A DNA stretch of 64,000 nucleotides, taken from a virus. Its lineage: Duplodnaviria > Heunggongvirae > Uroviricota > Caudoviricetes. The stretch is taken from IMG/VR virus record IMGVR_UViG_3300029842_000004; one strand, 5' to 3'. Positions 58,384 to 64,000 of the stretch are shown one piece after another (position 1 is the stretch's first letter; each line of letters starts with the position of its first letter). Position numbers and translations under genes: made by a program. Below the pieces are notes generated by a model. That model did no database searches, had not been told where the DNA came from, and saw only the letters and a program-made list of their open reading frames with translations.

Positions 58384-61300
58384 TTATTCCCTATTTACAC
58401 TATTCAACAACTTCATCAACTTGCCGTTTTTATTCAAAGACGTAGGCAAATTACCTCCTTCTTTTGCTGCCACCATATCCTTAATCTCTTCTGTTATGGC
58501 TGCCACAACAAAATCAACTATTTTTTTCTGAGGCGCAACAGCAAGTTCTTTAGACACATTATCCGCAAACCATACATTAGGAGTATCAAACGAATCTATT
58601 AACTCAGGTTTACCATTCTCCATAAGATAAAGCCTTGTCTCATATCCATAACCGTAACTTGTCTTAGGATCATAACCTTCAACCTTTACACCAAGCTTTC
58701 CACTGTTATCCAATATATCTTTAGCTGCATTAAGAAGCCAAACCTTTTGTTCTGGCATATCATCTAAATTATTACCAGATTCATTTATCATATCCGATAA
58801 CACTTTCATCATTGAAGATACAGAAGCATAAGCGGGTGATATATCTGAATTTTCAAGCATCTTCGGATACCACATATTGGTATCACTTCCAAATGTAGGT
58901 CTTATAATACCACTTTCATATCCACCTATATCGACGGAAGGAGTATTAATACCAGGATCTATGCCATTATTTATCAACTCTGTTTCAGATACCTCAACAA
59001 TATCTATTTCCCCTCTTTCACCAGTATGATTAGCAACCAAACTGTAAGTCTTCTCTCCATTGTCGGCTATTCCCGATTCTGTCAAAGAAAATGATTCAAT
59101 AGTTGCCGATGATGATTTCGATTTACCAACAGGATGCTCTGCCATTTTCTTAGTAAATAGATCCCTGAGAACCCCCATCTCTCTATAACCAGCCTCCTTG
59201 GAGGTTAATTTGGTTGAATACGTTACTGTGTTAGGTGAATACAGTTCGAGATATTCTTTACGTATCTCATTTATACCATCATCTTGAACCTTAGTTATTT
59301 GATCAGCTATATTAATATCACTTACTGCATAGTTTCCAACGCCCTCCATTCCACTAATAGAATACAGTGCATTAAAAAACACCTTTTCTTCACCATCCGA
59401 GAAACTATTTTTTACATCATCGTATTTTTTTAAGAAATACCTGCCACTTTTGCTATCCCTCTCAAATACTTTAGATAAATCAATGCCATCATTTTTCACC
59501 CTCTTTCTTATAGTAGCTATATCAGCAGGCGAGAATCCTTTTTCATAATATCTTACTCCAGATTCTACATCGCCGACTGTACCTCTATTTTTTCTTAAAA
59601 TATCATTAAGGGATAACGCTGTAGCATAGGCTATATATTCTTCGGGTTTACCTCCTTCCTTCTGCGCGATCGCATTTGCTATTTCAGATACAATATTATC
59701 ATAAATCTTATTCTCCTTCTTAATTCTATCATTCTCTATATCCATCTTGTCTACAGCGCTATTAAGCTGCATATAAGCATCTGTGGCAGCTTTTCTCTCT
59801 GCCATAGGTAGCTTATCAAACATATCATTAGAAAGACCTCCATTGTCCTTTATATACTTAAGAAGTTTTTCTTCATCCATAAGATACTTGTATCCTGATG
59901 TTTCATCCGTCATATTTCTTGATATGGCAGCTTGAATATTTTTCATGTTTTCAGCACCAAGGGCCGTAGATAGCCTACTTCCGGATGTTACAAGATCTGT
60001 ATATGCCTTATTAAACTTCTTATGAGTTTCTTCTGATATGCTAATATTTTTAGTTTCGATAGGATTAGCTGAAATAGTTCCACCAGAGTTTGTGCCAACG
60101 CCCACCTGCATGGCTCGGCTTCCAGCTCTGCCGCCTGCCGCTCCTGCACCAGAGGACATAAGTTTTGCTATTCTGGCTTCATTAAGCCTATTCTGCATCT
60201 TCAGACGTTCTTCGTCTAATCCAAATCTGGCTTCATCCTTATTCTTACCATATTCAAACTCTGCAATATCCCTATTTCTTTCATATTCAAATTCTATCTT
60301 CCATTTTTCGAAATTCAAATTAGCTAATCTTTCCCTCTGATTATATTCTTTGGTTTTCCAGTAAAGCTCGTCGGCTTTGATTATGAAAGACGAATTATCA
60401 TAAGCATATGAAGCAGCAGCATTATTAATAAAATTATTTTCAATAACCTTCATCGCTCCAAGATACGGATCGTAAGTCCTTTCATCCATTCTGCTAAATT
60501 CAGATTTCATGGAAGCTATTTCAGATTTGGCTCTCTTTATTTCATTTTCAACCATTTCTTTCTTTGCAGGATCAGAACCCAAACCGGAAAGATCGGCAGT
60601 AAGAGCATCAACATACCTCTGCTTATCACTTATCTGCTTATTCATAAAACCAAGAACAGAATCATACGAATATAAAGAGGGATTAGAGTCTACCATGTAA
60701 ATAGCCTCCACCTGCATCTGCTGCCTTGCTTTATCTGATAACCCTGACAATGCGAAAGAAGCTATCTGTTCAGGAGTAAGCATATCCTTAGTTACTTCTT
60801 GTACTGCCCCGGTAGGATGACCATCCTTGTCAAGAATAGGAATCTGAACTTTAGCTCCTTTATGAAGCTTGCTTATAAAATCTATCCTATCTTTTAATTC
60901 CTTATTATAATCAGTATAAGGAGTATATTGAAGAGGAGCAAGACGGGAACCAGCCTTTCCATCATTCACCCATTCATTATACGGCTTTAAAGCCGCATAA
61001 GCATTCGCAGCAGAATAAAGTTCTGGATTATTTATTTGTAAATCAGATAGCATTTTATGCATTCTCCTGCCTTCTTTTGTGCCGGCAATCGCGTTAATGA
61101 CCGTATCATCCAACACTGAACTGATCTCTCCTTGTATAGCTCTCGTAATACCATCAGAAGAAAGATCCACGCCTTTGAATTTTTGATTGATGTTAGCAAT
61201 CACACCTGACATCTTATCTTCCATATAAGCGCGGGCTTCAGGCTTATCTATCTCTTGACCCATAAGATAATCTACCTGGGTATAGATCTTTTCACGAGCA

Positions 61301-61407
61301 GCATCAACCTTCTGCTGTTTGTACATCATGACGTCCTTAACAAGATCTATGTTGTAAGGACTAACATACGGGGCATATTGCCTTAAAATACTATACTGTG
61401 AAGCCAC
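58384..61407 (-). CDS. large structural-module protein (1007 aa)
   Basis: Uninterrupted ORF, adjacent to the giant ORFs. Confidence 0.8.
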   Translation of the reverse strand: MASQYSILRQYAPYVSPYNIDLVKDVMMYKQQKVDAAREKIYTQVDYLMGQEIDKPEARAYMEDKMSGVIANINQKFKGVDLSSDGITRAIQGEISSVLDDTVINAIAGTKEGRRMHKMLSDLQINNPELYSAANAYAALKPYNEWVNDGKAGSRLAPLQYTPYTDYNKELKDRIDFISKLHKGAKVQIPILDKDGHPTGAVQEVTKDMLTPEQIASFALSGLSDKARQQMQVEAIYMVDSNPSLYSYDSVLGFMNKQISDKQRYVDALTADLSGLGSDPAKKEMVENEIKRAKSEIASMKSEFSRMDERTYDPYLGAMKVIENNFINNAAASYAYDNSSFIIKADELYWKTKEYNQRERLANLNFEKWKIEFEYERNRDIAEFEYGKNKDEARFGLDEERLKMQNRLNEARIAKLMSSGAGAAGGRAGSRAMQVGVGTNSGGTISANPIETKNISISEETHKKFNKAYTDLVTSGSRLSTALGAENMKNIQAAISRNMTDETSGYKYLMDEEKLLKYIKDNGGLSNDMFDKLPMAERKAATDAYMQLNSAVDKMDIENDRIKKENKIYDNIVSEIANAIAQKEGGKPEEYIAYATALSLNDILRKNRGTVGDVESGVRYYEKGFSPADIATIRKRVKNDGIDLSKVFERDSKSGRYFLKKYDDVKNSFSDGEEKVFFNALYSISGMEGVGNYAVSDINIADQITKVQDDGINEIRKEYLELYSPNTVTYSTKLTSKEAGYREMGVLRDLFTKKMAEHPVGKSKSSSATIESFSLTESGIADNGEKTYSLVANHTGERGEIDIVEVSETELINNGIDPGINTPSVDIGGYESGIIRPTFGSDTNMWYPKMLENSDISPAYASVSSMMKVLSDMINESGNNLDDMPEQKVWLLNAAKDILDNSGKLGVKVEGYDPKTSYGYGYETRLYLMENGKPELIDSFDTPNVWFADNVSKELAVAPQKKIVDFVVAAITEEIKDMVAAKEGGNLPTSLNKNGKLMKLLNSVNRE

Positions 61408-63962
61408 TATTTGGTCCTCCTTCTTCTTTTATTTTCGTCATCTTCTTCATTTAAACTTCTCAAGTAAGGTGTAGAATAATCACCCATATTCATCACATCC
61501 TGATTACCTTGAACGTAAATAATTTGGCCACTTGGAAGCATTCTCATATTCGGAGCTATGGAAGCTATGGTATTCAACGATGTACGAACATTGAACTTAT
61601 TCTGTATTTCGCTGTTTATGCTATCATAATAACGAGCAAGATTTTCATCCCTTATAGCCATAGCCTTCAATAACCCAGATTCATAACGTTGCCTTTCCGC
61701 TATGTTCTTATCGTCTGTCTGAACATAAGCCATTTCATTGAATCTATCAGCTTCGTTTATTTGCCTTGCGTTATTGAAATTTACTTCGTTAATATACTTG
61801 GCTATATTGCTTCCGGCTATGGCGTTCATATTAGCCAGAATAGCGGAGCGCTGGGAGTCGGGCACGTCACCTACTGCGTCCAACTGAGCCGATGTCGCGC
61901 GGTTGAGCTCGTTGATATACTGATCAGCAGATTGAAGAACTGGGTCTATTCTCGGAGCCTGATGTCTTTCCAGACCTTCTATCTCCAAGCCTGTATCGAG
62001 CGTTCTCAGCATCTCCGGGAAGATAGGACCGAACGCCGCCGGTCTGCCCTGCCCTTTAGGTCCGTTGTCTTCAACCACCTCCTCTGTATCGGTGTCGGTT
62101 GCAGTCGTAGGCGTACTTGCTTTCGGTTTTACCTCTACCCTTCCAGGAGATCCAATCTTAGGCGGTGTAAGGCCTGGTGCTATGGGACCGGCCTCAATAG
62201 GCTTCATTTCTGGTTTAACAGACTCAAGAACGAAGTCTATTTCCGGCATTAACCCACTATCTCTTAAAGCAACAAACTTATTATAATCGGAGCCCAGAAT
62301 CTTCTTAGCGGCATCAGATTTATCACCAAATAAGTCAACATAATTCTTTATCCCTTTTTCGTTTAACAATCTTTTTTGCTCTGCCGAAACAACGTCCAAC
62401 CCATAATAAGAACGAGTAGCTGTTGTCTGACCAAACTTATCATCTACGGCAAATGAATTATAAGCCTGATTCCCTCCGTAGCTTCCGGCGTCCTGGCCCC
62501 AGAATCCGTATTCATCTCTGAATTTCTTGGCTGCATCAGCATTCGTAATAGCGCCTACATTAGCTAACGCCCACAATGCATTTAATTGCCTGTTGTATCC
62601 TTTCTGGAAACCTTCTGTATCAAAATCACCATCCGTATTGTACTTGTTAGCCCATCGGTTTACGTCGAGCAAATTAGATACCGCCTTATCATTTACCCTG
62701 CCGTATCCTAAATTGCTTCTATGTTGGAGATTCTGATTGGCATTGACACTGGAATCAGGATTAAGAATCTGCTCACGACCACTAACATCAGATACAGTCA
62801 TATTAAGAGTTCGTCCAAATAACTGATTGATAAGCTTATTGTAGCCGATAGCATTCTTTCTAAGTTCCTCCAGCTCCTTCTGAGTAGGTCCACCTTCAGC
62901 CATTTTTCTGGTTTGCTTAACATACTCGTCATATATCCAGTTCTTAGCATCTGATTCTGCAATATTAAAGGCCTTAGCTTGTTTCTTTACCTGATTCAGA
63001 TCAACAACCCCGCCATCCCTGAAAAAAGCATCCATCTTCTCGTTACGCTTAGATTCTTCCTGTTTGCCATAAACGATTTCAGCGAAAGAACGAAATTGTG
63101 CTTCAAGCTCGTCTATCTCTTTCTGGTTTTCATTGACGTACTTGGAAAGAATAGAAGCATTAAGATTAGATGTGTTTTTGTCTTTTACATCTTCATTTTT
63201 CTCTAATCTCTTATATACACGCTCCTGATCTTCGTACTTATCAGACAAACCAATCTTCTTCTTATATCGATCAAGGAGTGTAGCGTATGTATCTTTTGAC
63301 GTTGCCTTAATACCATAATTTTCTCTAACGTAAGAGGCAAACTCATCATCTATCTTACGATAATCGGAAACAATATAAGCCTCTGGCAAATCAACCGGAG
63401 TGCCACCATTTTCATGTCTGTTCCCTTTGGCTTCCATAGGCCCTACGGAGTCAGGAGTCAGCACGTACTCGCCTTTCTCTATCTCTACATTCGCAGCATC
63501 TTCCATAGACTTGGGAAGAGGATAAATATATTCGCCGGTCATATCAGACGTATCTATCTTCTGACCGTTACCTAAATTCACGCCACCACCTTCACGTTCC
63601 CACTTGATGAATTGCTGCCGGCGCTCCTTGGCAAGTTTTTCCCTCGCTGCCTGCTCGTCTCTGCTGGCTGCATACGCAGCAGATGAAGCTCCCATGATAT
63701 TACGGGTAAGACCTAATCCTAAACTAACACCAGACAAGGTAGCTTGAGCCACATTAGCACCGACCTTATTACCGGCTCTTATCCGACCAAGACTTGTACC
63801 GAACATTTGAGCTCTGCCGGTTAGATCGGGTGAATAATATGGGGTAGTCATAGGATCCAGAGGATTACCATCTTGGGAACGTTTTTCTTTAGAGGAATCA
63901 GAATCAACACCACCTAAATTCATTGCATTATCAACGACTGATTTCTCTACGTTTTTAACCAT
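61407..63962 (-). CDS. large structural-module protein (851 aa)
   Basis: Uninterrupted ORF. ATG at 63962. 1-nt overlap with the downstream gene. Confidence 0.8.
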   Translation of the reverse strand: MVKNVEKSVVDNAMNLGGVDSDSSKEKRSQDGNPLDPMTTPYYSPDLTGRAQMFGTSLGRIRAGNKVGANVAQATLSGVSLGLGLTRNIMGASSAAYAASRDEQAAREKLAKERRQQFIKWEREGGGVNLGNGQKIDTSDMTGEYIYPLPKSMEDAANVEIEKGEYVLTPDSVGPMEAKGNRHENGGTPVDLPEAYIVSDYRKIDDEFASYVRENYGIKATSKDTYATLLDRYKKKIGLSDKYEDQERVYKRLEKNEDVKDKNTSNLNASILSKYVNENQKEIDELEAQFRSFAEIVYGKQEESKRNEKMDAFFRDGGVVDLNQVKKQAKAFNIAESDAKNWIYDEYVKQTRKMAEGGPTQKELEELRKNAIGYNKLINQLFGRTLNMTVSDVSGREQILNPDSSVNANQNLQHRSNLGYGRVNDKAVSNLLDVNRWANKYNTDGDFDTEGFQKGYNRQLNALWALANVGAITNADAAKKFRDEYGFWGQDAGSYGGNQAYNSFAVDDKFGQTTATRSYYGLDVVSAEQKRLLNEKGIKNYVDLFGDKSDAAKKILGSDYNKFVALRDSGLMPEIDFVLESVKPEMKPIEAGPIAPGLTPPKIGSPGRVEVKPKASTPTTATDTDTEEVVEDNGPKGQGRPAAFGPIFPEMLRTLDTGLEIEGLERHQAPRIDPVLQSADQYINELNRATSAQLDAVGDVPDSQRSAILANMNAIAGSNIAKYINEVNFNNARQINEADRFNEMAYVQTDDKNIAERQRYESGLLKAMAIRDENLARYYDSINSEIQNKFNVRTSLNTIASIAPNMRMLPSGQIIYVQGNQDVMNMGDYSTPYLRSLNEEDDENKRRRRTK

Positions 63963-64000
63963 GCCCCTATTATCAGCGAGATATCCTGCATATCCTGCAT

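Noticed and set aside
1-64000. Diversity-generating retroelement, integrase/attP, CRISPR-Cas or other known defense operons
   Set aside because: No reverse transcriptase (YADD), tyrosine or serine recombinase, or Cas signature motifs were recognised in any ORF. The attP idea for the tRNA-like fragment therefore stays speculative.

Overview
This 64 kb window is AT-rich (roughly mid-30s % GC by eye), densely coding, and looks like part of a large dsDNA bacteriophage genome. Positions 1-35,034 carry about 70 short, tightly packed plus-strand genes, many overlapping by ATGA-type junctions. They form a replication and accessory module: DnaB-like helicase, primase-like Zn-finger/Toprim protein, SF2 DExH helicase, two PD-(D/E)XK nucleases, phage-type Dam N6-adenine methyltransferase, dATP/dGTP-pyrophosphohydrolase-like protein, KilA-N-like protein, an ACP-like protein and a NfeD/flotillin (SPFH) pair. 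Positions 35,347-63,962 are a convergent minus-strand block. It holds a Bro-N antirepressor-like gene and a run of giant ORFs (2140, 759, 2135, 1007 and 851 aa) typical of virion or ejected cargo proteins of crAss-like (Crassvirales-type) podophages. That placement is an inference, supported only by giant-ORF architecture, one Bacteroidota-like -7 promoter box and the gene content. No intact tRNA, rRNA, CRISPR-Cas, integrase or reverse transcriptase was recognised. The most notable signals are: four long G/C homopolymer tracts (8-10 nt) at gene 5' ends or junctions in an AT-rich genome, suggesting phase variation; a phage-borne ACP-NfeD-flotillin module; a two-gene module with a minimal ABC-type ATPase; recurrent GC-rich hairpins sharing a conserved loop motif with covarying stems; a tRNA-like T-arm/acceptor fragment with a duplicated T-arm-like hairpin; short GC-rich codon islands inside genes; and several genes broken at A/T homopolymers, which may be assembly indels or genuine pseudogenes.
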